From assembly GCA_012295275.1 (NCBI GenBank), contig CM022677.1, forward strand, positions 16,306,001 to 16,370,000: a stretch of 64,000 nucleotides of DNA. Reading direction: 5' to 3'. The stretch comes from Chrysomallon squamiferum. Taxonomy: Eukaryota > Animalia > Mollusca. Position numbers and translations under genes: made by a program. A model generated the notes under the pieces. The model ran no database searches. It had not been told where the DNA came from and was given only the letters and a program-made list of their open reading frames with translations. Positions 49,951 to 64,000 of this stretch are shown piece after piece; the first letter of the stretch is position 1, and the number at the start of each line of letters is the position of its first letter.

Positions 49951-50047
49951 GTGACTGAGCAGTTATTATTAAGACTGACAGGTTCTGTTTTCTACACTCA
50001 ATTGAAGGGTTCAAAACCCAGCACAGTCTCATAAAAAAAAAAAAAAA
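49951..50047 (+). mobile_element. Possible degenerate tRNA-SINE remnant ending in an A-run
   Basis: A-box-like TGACTGAGCAG (49952) and B-box-like GGTTCAAAACC (50008-50018), followed by poly(A). Confidence 0.25.
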
Positions 50048-50815
50048 TCCTGCTTAAATAGTTGTAAATGCAATCTTTATGACTTTCACTTCTCTCTAAC
50101 CCAAATTCTAACCTGCTAACCTGCTAACAGCCTTTTCTTTTCCTTTAGAGAGAAAAATTAAAACGTGTTTAAATTCACGGTCGATTGAAACGTATTTCAA
50201 CAATTTCGTTCACCTGATTGTGCGTACAGTTATCTGAATTCTTATACATTTTATGTAAACACTGCGTTTGACAAATAAACGATTCTATTTTCTAAAACAG
50301 TTGTATCAGAATTAGCAATAGCTGAAGCTACACTTCGTCTGTTTCATTGAGTGCTAAATATAGGAATTCCTTATTTGAAACACTCAGTTGAAGTTTTCAG
50401 AAACAACTGATGCATTTCCTATCTGAAATAAAAACAATCAATGGAAGAAGCCATATTTTACATTGTCCGTTTGATTGATTACAAATACAGAAACTCCTAT
50501 TCTGTGTTCCCAGTTTCGTGTAAAATTTTAAAATTTCTATTTTATGTAATCATAGGAAATTTTCTGAAACGATTCATAAACGTTTTTTTATGTCACGTGA
50601 TTACTGTATTGCCTAACACAGAATTACTATAGGAAAGGAATTATATTTCAGAATGTTTAATTTACTCATTATAAACATGGAATATTCATAACAGGGTTTG
50701 GCCGTTCTCATTTTTAATAAGATAAATAGCGTATTGTTATAATTATGTTATTATATGTTTTAATCATAATTATGTCCATTTTAAGTTCCAAAACATTCGA
50801 GGTATGGAAGAAAGC

Positions 50816-50936
<121 letters not shown>

Positions 50937-51394
50937 TGAATATGAGACACACAGACACACAGAGAAAGAGAGAAAGAAACAAAGAGAGAGAAGGATAGTA
51001 ATTATGAAAGACAGCAAAAACGAAAAATAAACAGAACACTAACGAAAAGAAAAAAAAAAAAAAAAAACATAAAAGAAACAGAGACAGAGGAATTAAAAAA
51101 TGATCGCGAGATAGCATTAGAAAAACAGAGATAACAAAATTCATTATTACTGATTGAATCAAATCTTCCTACTGTTTTTTTTTTTATTTAATCATTTGAC
51201 CTTTGTCCCGCAGCTATTGTACTCAGACAGACATTTACCACAAATTGCAAGAGACAAATGTGCCTACGAGTGTCACCAGACATTTCCAGGCGTTATTTCT
51301 GTTACCAACGATCCCAGTAGCTAATAAATAACGTCGGGATCACTCGGTTAATTCCGTAAAGAGTGGAATTTATTGTTATTATTGGTCTGTCATT

Positions 51395-51620
<226 letters not shown>

Positions 51621-51807
51621 CAAGACAGAATGAATAGAAGTGATCAAAAAGAAAGAGTGAGATAGAGAAAAATATACAGCTGTTTTAGTTAAACATATTA
51701 TTACATTGTTGTTGATTTGAAACATCCATACATTGCTATATTAAGAAAATACATTTTTACTATTATTTATTATTATTATTATTATTATTATTTATTTATT
51801 ATTATTA

Positions 51808-51838
<31 letters not shown>

Positions 51839-52650
51839 CATTATTATTGTTATTATTACATTATTACTACTATTATTTTCTTATTATTCTTATTATACAT
51901 ACAGACAGACACATAGACACACACACACACACACACACATATATATGGTGCTTAACTACTACTGACACCTATATCCTATCGACGTCATTGTCTCCAGTCA
52001 GTAAGTGGTCCAACATTGACTTTCACTCTGTCTGCAAGACAAGAAGACTTGATATCAAATAGCATTACCATCTTAACCTCCTTGTTTAGCTAATGTACGC
52101 GAGTTCAGGTTTCCATCGTCTTGTACTGCTGAAATAAGTTTATCAGAAGCTTAATAAGAAACAGATCAAGTCCAGAATGGCTCTCATTCGAAGCAAAAAA
52201 GATCAGGTTACATTTCTGAAGAAAAATCTTGATTACGCTGTCCTAGAATAAGGTTGAAAGAAAACCGAAACGTTCTACATAATGACGTAAGCAGGATGTT
52301 TTACTTTACGACTAAATGACGTCATTCAGATAATTGAAAGACCATAGAGATAATGCGATGGAACTGTGACAGGTATTATCGTGTTTATTTATTTGATTAG
52401 CAGAAAGTGATATTTTATATGAACCATCCCATGAACAGGACTGTAAAATCTATGATTTTTGGAATGGGAAATATCCAGACAGACAATTCTGATGGGGATC
52501 GATCCTAATCTGGTCAGATAAGACCCGTCTCCTTCCCTCACAATAGATTAATAAATAAATGAATGAATAAAAAAAATAATAATAATAAAAAAATAAAAAA
52601 TAAAATAATAAGATAAAAATAAAAATAAAATAAAATATATAGAAAAATAA

Positions 52651-52701
<51 letters not shown>

Positions 52702-53503
52702 AAAGGTAAAATAAGAACCGAACTGTATAGAAAATATTTTAGTTCGAGGATCGAGTTTGTGTCGTGAAACACAGTAACTCGTGTACAAAAAAGAAAACTG
52801 AGCATCACAATACAAGTTATAATCACATCCCCATGCTGACACATTTCATACACCAAGGTGAAGGTCGCTGAGGTGTTTCCGGTTGGCAGTTAGTTTTATT
52901 CAATAATATGTAAATTCAATATCTTCACCTCAGACATTTCGCCTGATGCATATTTTTGAAACATTATCAACCTCGTTAGAATCGCTAATCATGTACCTTC
53001 AAGCCTAAATTATACTTTTTACTTATTAGTAGTATTCTTCTTATTCTTATTATTATTATTTTTTTTTTTTTTTTTTTTTAATGTTCATTGGTACATTCGC
53101 ACTGTGTTATGTATTTACATTAGGTCAAAATTCTCGAAGGTCAGTTTGACATTTTTCAGAATGTTTTAGTGTCCTGGTGTAGTGGCAATCAACACAGATA
53201 TCACAGACATCTGGAGAAAGAGAAGTGATTGAAACAGAGAGTGGGGGAGAGAGAGGGAGGGGGAGAGAGACAGATTGAGGCAGAAAGATAAAGAGGTTAA
53301 GAGAGAGGAATCAAAATATATATTGACATAACTGCGTTCATATGCATACATACATACATACATACATACCCATATTTATAAATATACATATATATATATA
53401 TATATATAAAAAGCGAGAAAAAAAAAGGGTTGAGATAAAGAAAGAAAACTTTATAGAGACAGGGTAAGACGGATAGAGTGAAGGAGAAAGAGACAGAGAA
53501 AAG

Positions 53504-53643
<140 letters not shown>

Positions 53644-54183
53644 TATCAGTCTAATGAGACATATAATGAGTCCCAGCTTTGAATTTCTGTGAGATTGTAC
53701 AGCATCATAAAGCAACATAAAGACTTTTTTTTTTTTTTTTTTATAATTTACAGGCAAACGATTTTTTTTTCTTCTTTCTTACCAGGAATAACGTTTCATT
53801 TCCGAGCAAGAGGTACCTGCTTCAAACGCTACCTCCGGTCTAAACGTTATGCACTCATTATACACACGAAACATGAAATATTATCAACAGTAACATTGAA
53901 GCCTACTAACTTCCTAACCCAATTTCATTTCGCTTGCGATTAAAACATTATGGAAAATAAATTCCACGTTTTCAGCTTTTAAAAGGCCTCTCATATTCGG
54001 AGACGTTCACTTAATGGATCAGCCTCGTTCTGGCTTAAGAGCAAAGGTCAGTGCCATTAGTCTCGATAATTTAGTGGCGTGTCTTACTCCACTATATCTT
54101 GAGATAATAGCCTAGAGAAACGAGGATTAGGTCTTTAATTGCCGAGACTAAGATTAGTGCTGTCTGATCTGAAAATGGATTTT

Positions 54184-54235
<52 letters not shown>

Positions 54236-54412
54236 GGCAGCAACAAGAATAACTAAAACAACAGCAACACCACCACCACTACCAAAAATAATAATAACAA
54301 CAACGATGATGATGATGATAATGATGATGGTAATAATAATAGTAGTAGTAGTAGTAGTAATAATATTACCAAGAACAACAACAGCAGCAGCAAAAATAAC
54401 AATAACAATAAC

Positions 54413-54444
<32 letters not shown>

Positions 54445-54452
54445 TGATGATG

Positions 54453-54484
<32 letters not shown>

Positions 54485-55072
54485 CATAATAATCATAATA
54501 ATAATAGTGATAATAATAATGATAATAATAATTATAATAATAATAACTACAACAACAACAACAATAACAATAACAATAACAATATCAATATCAATAACAC
54601 ATTTTCCACATTAACATACCACATTATCTCAGCTTTCGTTTATAAATATTGCATTACCAAATTTCCCTATAATATTGTAATTGTATTTCTGTAACAATAA
54701 TGCCAATATCAAACACACATACAATAACCTTATTCGAGTAACATCTCTTCAACAATCTACTACACAAACAGCGATATTTTACCAGCATTCTAACCTTGAG
54801 AAAACTTAAACCTGTTTAAATCTGAACTACAAACAACAGTAAACTACAGGTAGTTATTATTTTGTTCCATGCTACGCTCTTGAATATTTTCACCTGAATG
54901 TTACACCTGTATAAAATACCAGGGTCACTGACCTCATTAGCAAGGTTTACGTATATATCTCACCTGCATCGAATTTGCTTTGCCAGTTTTTGTTATGTCA
55001 GAGAGATTTAGAAATACGAGTTTGGAGTGAAGAAAATATACCTCGGGAATGTTTGAACTGAAACATACATAT

Positions 55073-55084
55073 ATAGATATAGAT

Positions 55085-55183
<99 letters not shown>

Positions 55184-55200
55184 TATACATACATACATAC
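55073..55200. repeat. (ATAG)n + (ATAC)n microsatellite
   Basis: Read directly. Confidence 0.92.
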
Positions 55201-55388
55201 ATAGACATAGATATATATTATTACTGATTATATATATATATATATATATATACAGAAATTATAGACTATATATATATATATATCAAACAATAGCCCAAAC
55301 TGTCGGTAAACAGTTAAACGTACTTATATTTTAAAATATTATTATATCTCTTAACCAAAACATCTATAAATCAGAAATTATCCTTGAA

Positions 55389-55652
55389 GTTCTTAGATAT
55401 ATACTGTCTCGATCTTAGATATCTGCTATTTAAAGCTTAGCTATATGATATCCTACATCCTAGAGATCCACTGTTTTGATCCCAGATATCCACTATTTTG
55501 ATTGAAGATATCTACTACATAGATCCTAAATACCTGCTATCTAAATCTTAGATATCTACCATTAGGTCCTATATATCTCCTATATAGATTCTAGATATCT
55601 GATATACAGATTCTACATAGCTACTATCTTGATCCTAGATATCTACTATCAA
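55389..55652. repeat. Degenerate 22-bp minisatellite (GATCCTAGATATCTACTATCTT), ~12 copies
   Basis: Successive 22-nt units such as GATCCCAGATATCCACTATTTT, GATTGAAGATATCTACTACATA and GATCCTAGATATCTACTATCAA. Confidence 0.85.
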
Positions 55653-55910
55653 GAAATGTTGTTAACCCTAATGAACGTGAGAAGTAATTACAGGAAGTTC
55701 TGTTGATTCGACGACGTATTGTCTGTTGTTAATGTTTTATTTCTTTTGGTTTTAGTCTTTGTAAAGTTTTTACCAGCAGGAAATGTTCGTTAATTTTATT
55801 TTATTATTTTTGTTAAAAGATCTGAGTCAGTCCTGTATTTGTGTCAAAAGACTTAAATAAAATAATTTTACCAGGGGAAAAAGAATGGAAGTTGAAAATT
55901 TGATTTTATT

Positions 55911-55972
<62 letters not shown>

Positions 55973-56853
55973 TAAAGAGCTTCTTTTTTTTTTTTTTCTT
56001 TCTTCTTGCTGTTGTTGTTTTGTTTGTTTGTCTGTTTCTATCCCTGTCTGAATAAAGAAAGAATCAGACAGAAACAAATAAAAACGCTAAAAACACGATC
56101 TACGTTAACAAAGGAAAACACCAGACACTAAACTATATATATTTTTTTTTTTTTGTAACTATCGTTGCAGACATCAGAAAACATTTCCGGATGCGGAAAA
56201 AAATGCCCTGCGGTTTGTTTCCGGATATCTTATTATCCGTAACCGAAACATTACGTCGATACACGATCAATGTACGTAGCCACTAGGCGTTCGTACATTT
56301 TGAACTGTAATATCAGAGTCCATTAGCCTCCGTGACGGTGTTAAGTCAAAAAGTGACATATGGATTATGATATCGCGTGTGCCTTTATTTTTTTTATTAT
56401 TATTTTTTTTTTTTTTTTTTCTGTTTTAATTTTTCTAGCTGTATCTCTGGATTTCGCTATTCTTTCTTCTTTGTCTGTTTTATTTTATTGATTTTTGTTA
56501 TTTTTTTATTTTCGTAAATTAGGTAAAGGTGATTCTGTTTTCTCCCCGTATCTATATCTGTATATACCTATGTATCTATCTGTCTGTCTGTCTGTCTGTC
56601 TATCTGTCTATCTATCTATCTGTCTATCTATGTATCTGTCTGTCTGTCTACATAATGTATGTATGTATGTATGTATGTATGTGAGTGTGTGTCATTCTGT
56701 TAGCTATATATCTTTATCTTTCAATCTATCCTTTATTTCTCATTTTCTCTCTTTCTTCGTCTCATCCTATCTATTTATATTTCTTGCTTTCTTTCTCTTT
56801 CTTTATCTGCCTATCTGTATGACACTTTCTCCATTTAAATATGTAACGCGTAA

Positions 56854-56986
<133 letters not shown>

Positions 56987-57340
56987 ATAAAGAACATTGT
57001 TGAAATTGGACTTTAAAAATATTTTCATATTAACATATACTGAAACTAATGGCATCATAATTCCTTTTTTGAAAAACAATAGGTGTCTTCCTGCTATTAA
57101 TCTATTTTCAGTCTTTTGAACTTGTATTTGCTTCTTTTCATTTTGTTTGTGATATCTTTTTTTTTAGTTTTAGTTTTTTTTAATTATTTTTGCTTTTTTT
57201 TGCTTTTTTTCTCTCGTTAATCCTAAGTTGCTTTCTTTTGACTTCGTTTTTCTCTTTATTATTTTTTTTTTCTTATTAGGTTCTGTATATTACTATTATT
57301 GTTATTATCATTATTATTATTATTATTGTTATTATTATTG

Positions 57341-57384
<44 letters not shown>

Positions 57385-57431
57385 GATTTGTTATTTATTA
57401 TTATCACTATTTTATTTTTCATTATTTCTTA

Positions 57432-57481
<50 letters not shown>

Positions 57482-58749
57482 TTGTTTATTTATTTCTATT
57501 AAGACTTTTTCCTTCTTTTCATAATGTCAATGTTTTTATTTATTTCGTTTCTTATAATTTTAAAAAAAAAATGTATTCTTTTCTTTTTCTAATATTTCTT
57601 GTTTCTTTTCTCATCTTTTTTCTTTTGTTTTTTCCTCGTGTTTTTTATTTTTTTTTTTTTTTTTTTTATTTGCTTCTCAATACAACAACGCTTTGGCACA
57701 AACACTCTATTTGAAAGTAATTTCAATTACGAAAACAAGAAGAAAAAATAAATAAAATAAAACAATTAAGAAATTCTAATAATGATCGAAAAAAAAACAA
57801 CCCCAAAACAATTGTATTTTCCAATTTCGTTTCAGTTTCAGTTACGCCTTATAAGAGAAGAAAAAACAATGTAACATTTCTTCTTGTTTGTTTCTTTCGT
57901 TATTTTTCTGTTTAATAAATATTTCACGGTTAATACAAAAAAGTTTTCCGGACGGATTAATATCCGGCAATGACGTCACTGAACCAACCTTTTCATTAAA
58001 GTTCCCTAGATGAGTGTCTTTATAAAAAAAAAAACGTAATTTTAAAGGTTTTACGGTAATTGGGTTCTAATGACACCGATAATGACATTTAATGAAAAAA
58101 AAAAAAAACTATTTCTTTTTTTCTTTCTTCATCTCTTTTTTCTTTCTTTCTTTTTTCTTTCTTTCTTTGTTTATTTTTTTTCTTTCCTTATTTTTTTTTT
58201 TATTTTATTTTTTTTTTTTTTTTTGTTAAATTTTATTTTACATTTATTTATTATTTTTATTTTCTTTGTAAGGCTCTTGGATTTTTATTATTCATTTCAT
58301 TATTATTTCATTGATTTGATTTGATTTGATTTATTTATTTATTTATTTATTTACATATTTATTTATTATTTATTTATTTATTTGTTTCTTTGTTTATATA
58401 TTTATTTATATATTTATTACTTTCAAATTTGTAAATATGTCCCTCTAAGTGTCTATGCTTCAGTCAATAGATCAGCCGTTTATAACGTTTTAATCTCACT
58501 GTTACTTTTGATGTTTATATCTTGAGCAAGCAGTTAGGGTTCTGTATCATCTGCTTAGACAATGTTAGTGTGTTAGAAAATTAGAAAGAACATTCGATTC
58601 TGATCTTTGATCTCGATGTTTAGATCTGGAAGAAGAAAACAGGCACCTTGTTTTATTTAACAATTTAAAAAAAAAATTTTTTATCTCTCTGTTTGTCATT
58701 ATATACCTGTCTCTATACGTGTCTATGGGCTACTGGTGTGTATCCATTG

Positions 58750-58848
<99 letters not shown>

Positions 58849-59384
58849 ATATATTCTCACTCTTTAAATAACCGATCATCTACAAGGGATTCAGATTTCA
58901 TCTTCTCATATATCAGTATCACAAACAGAAGAAGAAAAACAAATTACATCATAATTGCATCCTAAGACTTATTTACCCCGACAGTTGTCCGAGTCATTAA
59001 CGACAACTCTCTGAGGTTTCATCGGCGACGGAATAAATCATAGGTGGCGCTGCAGTTCCGTCTGGGCGCGCGCGCGACTGACCTGTAATACATGAAACGA
59101 TTTACTTGTGGTTTTTTTTTGGGGGGGGGGTTCTGATGACGTGATAAACGCGAGACCGTCGCAGACGTGAAATTGCTAAAGCAAATTATCGTCTGCATCG
59201 TTATAGTCTTATCTACTTTCTGGTAGTTAATTTTGTTATTTTTATGACTGTTTCGTAAAGTACACAAGGTCAAGAAAAAAAAAAAAAAAAAAAAAAAAGA
59301 AAACAGGAAGACTTTATTATCTCAGCGCTGATTGGCTAATCCTAGGGTACAAACTTTATTACACGGTACTTTTATTAAAGGTTA

Positions 59385-59465
59385 TGTGATGGGTAACACC
59401 GTCGTACGATGCTTTGATCTTAACTGATGGACCGCAGGTTCGAATCCCATCGACTGCGCTTGGCC
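59385..59465 (+). mobile_element. Degenerate tRNA-derived remnant
   Basis: Perfect B box GGTTCGAATCC at 59437-59447; the A box is not clearly recognisable. Confidence 0.35.
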
Positions 59466-59625
59466 TAAGTGTCATAAAAAACTATTTTTTCTTTTCTTTT
59501 CTTTTCACTTGTGCCATGAATATAATAAATATTTGTTGAGTGAATGAAAAGATACACTGATTGCTTTGTAGTATTTGCCATATTTGTATATCTCGTACTT
59601 TCATCATTATTGTCGTTCTTGTTGC

Positions 59626-59674
<49 letters not shown>

Positions 59675-60599
59675 GTTGTTGTTGTTGTTATTATTATTCA
59701 TATTATTCATATTATTCATATTATTATTATGAATGTTCTTGTTGTAGTTGTCGTTGTTGTTGTTGTTGTTGTATGTCATTGCTGTTGCCGATGTTATTAT
59801 TTTTATTGTCATTATTATTATTAGTAGTATTATTATTGCTGTTGTTGTTGTTATTGTTACTACTACTACTATTATTATTTCAACAACAACTATTACTACT
59901 ACTACTACTACTATTATTACTGTTGTTTTCGTTGTTGTTGTCATTTATTTGTACTATTAGCATTTGTGTTTGTAGAAGTGTTAGTATCAAATTTCATTGA
60001 TTCACGTATTTTAATGTCAACAGTTAAAATATTTATATCTGTAAAGTGACACTTTCTGTTTTATTCCTAATTTTTATTTATATATCTCTTTTTTTTTTCA
60101 TTATTGTTCTTCCTTTATATCATTCCTTTCTTCTTTTTTCGTAATTAAATTTTGTTTCGCTTTTTTATACATGACTTCTAAATCCGTTCTTAATGCTAAA
60201 AATTAGAATTAACAATTTTTTTGCTTATATTTTTTTAAATAATAAAATTATTTTTAATGTGGAAAATTGAAGAACAAAACGAAAATCCATTATAAGAGTA
60301 CTATCATTTGAAATCAGTTTGACATTGACGTTATTTCTGAAGTTAATAAATTGAGATGAAGAATAAAAAAAATTGCTGCAACGGATGATATTAAAATTTC
60401 CATTAACGAAAAATTTTAATTTTATTTCATGCTGTTTCCTTTACTACTTTGTTTGAGAGAAAGAACATTAACAAATAAAAAAAAGAGAAAATCGATATAA
60501 ATTTTGGTTTCACCTCGAAATGCGACCTCTTTTATTGAATCATTCAGAACTGTGCACTTTAGTTTTTCTATTTATTTAATTAATTATCTCTCTCTCTCT

Positions 60600-60692
<93 letters not shown>

Positions 60693-61089
60693 AGGTTCAT
60701 GGAGTACAAACACTTGTGATAAACTGAGACTATTATAAATCAACCTGCTTTCCTTTACCTGGTTATTTTCATAGCTTCTTCTTTTCTTGTTTTTTCTTTT
60801 GGCTTCAGACTTTAATTGCGTTGTAAACTTTTACTATAAGAGTTTAGATTCATTTAACTGTATTTCTGTTTGATGTAAACAGACGTATTTTTCTGAGGGT
60901 GAATAAGAGCAGCTTTGAAATGAAACAGAAAATGAAGGAGTGGGGGAGGGTAGGTGAGTGCGGAACAAGATGATGTTCAGTGCGAGTATTCACGTATTGC
61001 CCGTTCTAACCAGTGACGGAGTGACTCTTATGTCGTTTAGACCGTTTTTCTGTGTAAGTGATATATACCTGGTAATCGAAAAGAAAACA

Positions 61090-61130
61090 GTGTATGTATG
61101 TATATAAGTGTGTGAATGTATGTATGTATG

Positions 61131-61164
<34 letters not shown>

Positions 61165-61510
61165 TGTATGTATGTATGTATGTGTATGTATGTTAGTATG
61201 TATGTAGTATATATGTATGTATGTATGTTTGTATGTATGTTTGTATGTATGTAGTATGTATGTATGCATGTATGTTTGTATGTATATATGTATGTATTAT
61301 ATATGTATGTATTTATATATATGTGTGGTTATTTGTATATGTACATGTGTATGTATCTATATGTATACGTATCTATGTATATATATGTGTGTGTGTGTGT
61401 CTGTGGATACATACATGCATCTATATATATATATATATATATACATAGATACACACATACATATATATATATTTGTATATGTGTATCTTATATGTGTTTA
61501 TATACATATT
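61090..61510. repeat. (ATGT)n/(AT)n/(GT)n compound low-complexity tract
   Basis: Read directly. Confidence 0.9.
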
Positions 61511-61571
61511 TGTTTACATATGAACTATTTACACGATTATAAAAACAAAAAATCAGAAGAAATAAAACAAA

Positions 61572-61688
61572 AGTAGATCAACACTGCAGCAGATTAAAAA
61601 TGCAGTAGATTAAAACTGAAGTAGAGAGAAACTGCTGTAGATCAAAACTGAAGTAGAGAGAAACTGTTGTAGATTAAAACTGAAGTAG
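61572..61688. repeat. 16-bp minisatellite (GTAGATTAAAACTGAA / GTAGAGAGAAACTGYT), ~7 copies
   Basis: Read directly; the last copies alternate as a 32-bp dimer. Confidence 0.85.
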
Positions 61689-61894
61689 GTACGTGGGTTT
61701 AATTAAGCCACAATGACTGCAAGTGAACGAGAACAAGGGGAGTTTTAAATCAGTGAGAGAAAGAATAACTTGAGATAACAGGCAACACGACAGCTCATAA
61801 TTATTTTCATTAGTACAGTGAGAATCTGAATGGTAGAATTGTGTGTTACAGATAATGACATTACTGTTAGAGGCAGATCGATAATGAAACAGAG

Positions 61895-61986
<92 letters not shown>

Positions 61987-62261
61987 GAATAAACGATATG
62001 GAACGTAATCATTGATTGATTTTACAAACCCGGAAAAGAAAAACACATGTTTATTTTTCATTACAGAGTGTAGCAGTAGTGCTAAGTTTAGTCAGATATG
62101 ATTGACATTTTTACGTGTAAGGGTAATAGCTCTTCAAAGAGACGTTTTTTTTTTTCTGTTTTTTTTTCTTTTTTTCTTTTTTTCTTATAACTATCTATTA
62201 GTGTTGATTATACGTTTTCGTATGAAACAGAGGTACATAAACATGTATGAGACTGGCTAAG

Positions 62262-62410
<149 letters not shown>

Positions 62411-63070
62411 CCATGAAATAACTATTTATTTATTTAGTTATATATATATATATCGGCATAATATTTATTTTTATATACCTGTGAGTGTGTTCAGAAACAA
62501 TATATGTAAGGATATGTATATATTTAGATGGATCAATAGATAGACTTATACATACATACACCCTTACATACATACAAACTTTGTTTTCAGCCAGACAAAC
62601 AGACACAGTGAAAGACAGATATACTGATATACATATGTGTGTGTGTATGTGTACATAAATAAATAGATATGTACATATCTGTTTATGTATTTGCGTGTGT
62701 GCGTGCTTCTGTATATATATATATATATCATGATTTTCAGTTTTTGTTCAGAAATACGTTTCTCTTGTTTCTCTGTTTTCCTGTTGATTAAGTATATCAC
62801 TGAGATATCTAAAAGCATATCGATTCACTGTACATATTAAAGCCAGAGGATTTGCTTTGTTTTGTCAGTGTCATGTTGATTGGATACTAACATCTGCACC
62901 TGCACCTGCACCTACCCACCTGTTGATGGCTATAGATTTTTCCTATAATAAAACAAGGGAATTAATGTGGTTGATCACTGAATATTTTGAAGACGAATGT
63001 ATGGGCAGCCGAACGGGTCATATTTCAGCAATTTGTAGAATGTAATTGTTGTATTGAAATTAATTAGTTC

Positions 63071-63144
<74 letters not shown>

Positions 63145-63630
63145 CCATCTAACAATTTATCTGTCTCTCTCTATATCTCTCTCTGTCTCTTATTCAGTCT
63201 GTCTGTCTATCTATCTGTCTCTCTCTCTGTCTCTCTCTGTCTCTCTCTCTGTCTCTCTCTCTCTCTCTGTGCAATCACATATACACATCACACTCACACA
63301 CAAACACACACAGACACACACACACACACAAAAGTATATATTTATACGTACATATATACATACAAAACCATTATTACCATTTTTCTGTATCATTGTTTTC
63401 GCAGTTTTCATAGCTGACTACGGTTGCTCGTTAGTGACACAATTAAAATACTCATTACACCGAAAATCAAAACATAATAAAAATAGGTTAGTTCAACGTT
63501 CTTTAAAATTAAACAAAGACGTTTCTGCAATGTTTCTGTATGCGTTTATTTTCGTCTTGCTCGTTTGTAAAGAGTTCTTAGCTGAAAGCTTTCACTGCTG
63601 GCTTATTTGATTGATAAGGAAGCGGATTCT

Positions 63631-63721
63631 TTCATTGGTTGAACTTCTCGTGGTCATTTGTAAGGTATCCTTTCATTGGTTGAACTTCTCGTGGTCATTT
63701 GTAAGGTATCATTTCATTGGT
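63631..63721. repeat. 41-bp tandem duplication (2.2 copies)
   Basis: TTCATTGGTTGAACTTCTCGTGGTCATTTGTAAGGTATCMT at 63631 and 63672, with a partial copy at 63713. Confidence 0.92.
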
Positions 63722-63821
63722 CTTCTTTTCTTTCAACACATTATCTTTTTTCTCTCTCTCTCTCTTTGTTATTGTTTTTTTTTTGTTATTGACTTTTTGT
63801 TATCGTTATCAGTGAGTGTGT

Positions 63822-63895
63822 TGACTTCAGCAGAGTGGTTAACAAAGAAGTCTTAAGTCGAGTAGACTGCAGGATCGATTCTGCTCGGAGCCACT
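63822..63895 (+). pseudogene. Degenerate tRNA-like sequence / SINE head
   Basis: A-box-like CAGCAGAGTGG (63828-63838) and a B-box-like GGATCGATTC (63872-63881) enclosed by a GCAG/CTGC stem, at tRNA-like spacing. Confidence 0.45.
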
Positions 63896-64000
63896 TTGTC
63901 GTTTATTTATCACGTTATATCAATAAACACGATGATATTACTGGGCGAAAAGCACAACACGAAATCAACAGTTAAATTGTAGTAAATCAAAGTACAACAT

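Noticed and set aside
51214-51320. Strong acceptor (CCCGCAG) with in-frame AIVLRQ...
   Set aside because: There is no family similarity and an in-frame TAG at 51318-51320.
63665-63673. Perfect U12-type donor string GTATCCTTT
   Set aside because: It lies at the junction of a 41-bp tandem duplication (the second copy reads GTATCATTT) and no upstream exon is evident.

Overview
This is eukaryotic, AT-rich and extremely microsatellite-dense genomic DNA. It looks invertebrate, most plausibly mollusc/cephalopod, but that is inference from repeat content and protein motifs. There are no prokaryotic features. The only convincing coding sequence is one GC-rich exon (18821-19529, +). It encodes a signal peptide plus the N-terminal ~236 aa of a natriuretic-peptide-receptor / receptor guanylyl cyclase extracellular (ANF_receptor) domain and ends at a phase-1 GAG|GTATTT donor. 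I could not find the next coding exon in the remaining 44 kb, so most of the window is probably one giant intron. The best candidates for unexplained biology lie in that intron. (i) A near-perfect recursive-splicing site (pyrimidine tract + CAG|GTGAGT, 38798/38799) is followed by a 57-nt cryptic exon with an in-frame stop. (ii) A ~1-kb array (26331-27312) has conserved blocks alternating with variable segments; each unit ends in a 3'-splice-site-like motif and carries a 14-mer complementary to a single site just downstream of the coding exon. (iii) A 2.3-2.6-kb tandem duplication has all its junctions in (CT)n tracts. (iv) Nine palindromic CRE (TGACGTCA) sites are spread across the window. Also present are candidate promoters, tRNA-derived SINE remnants and several minisatellites. 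Nearly all other ORFs in the track are translations of simple repeats.
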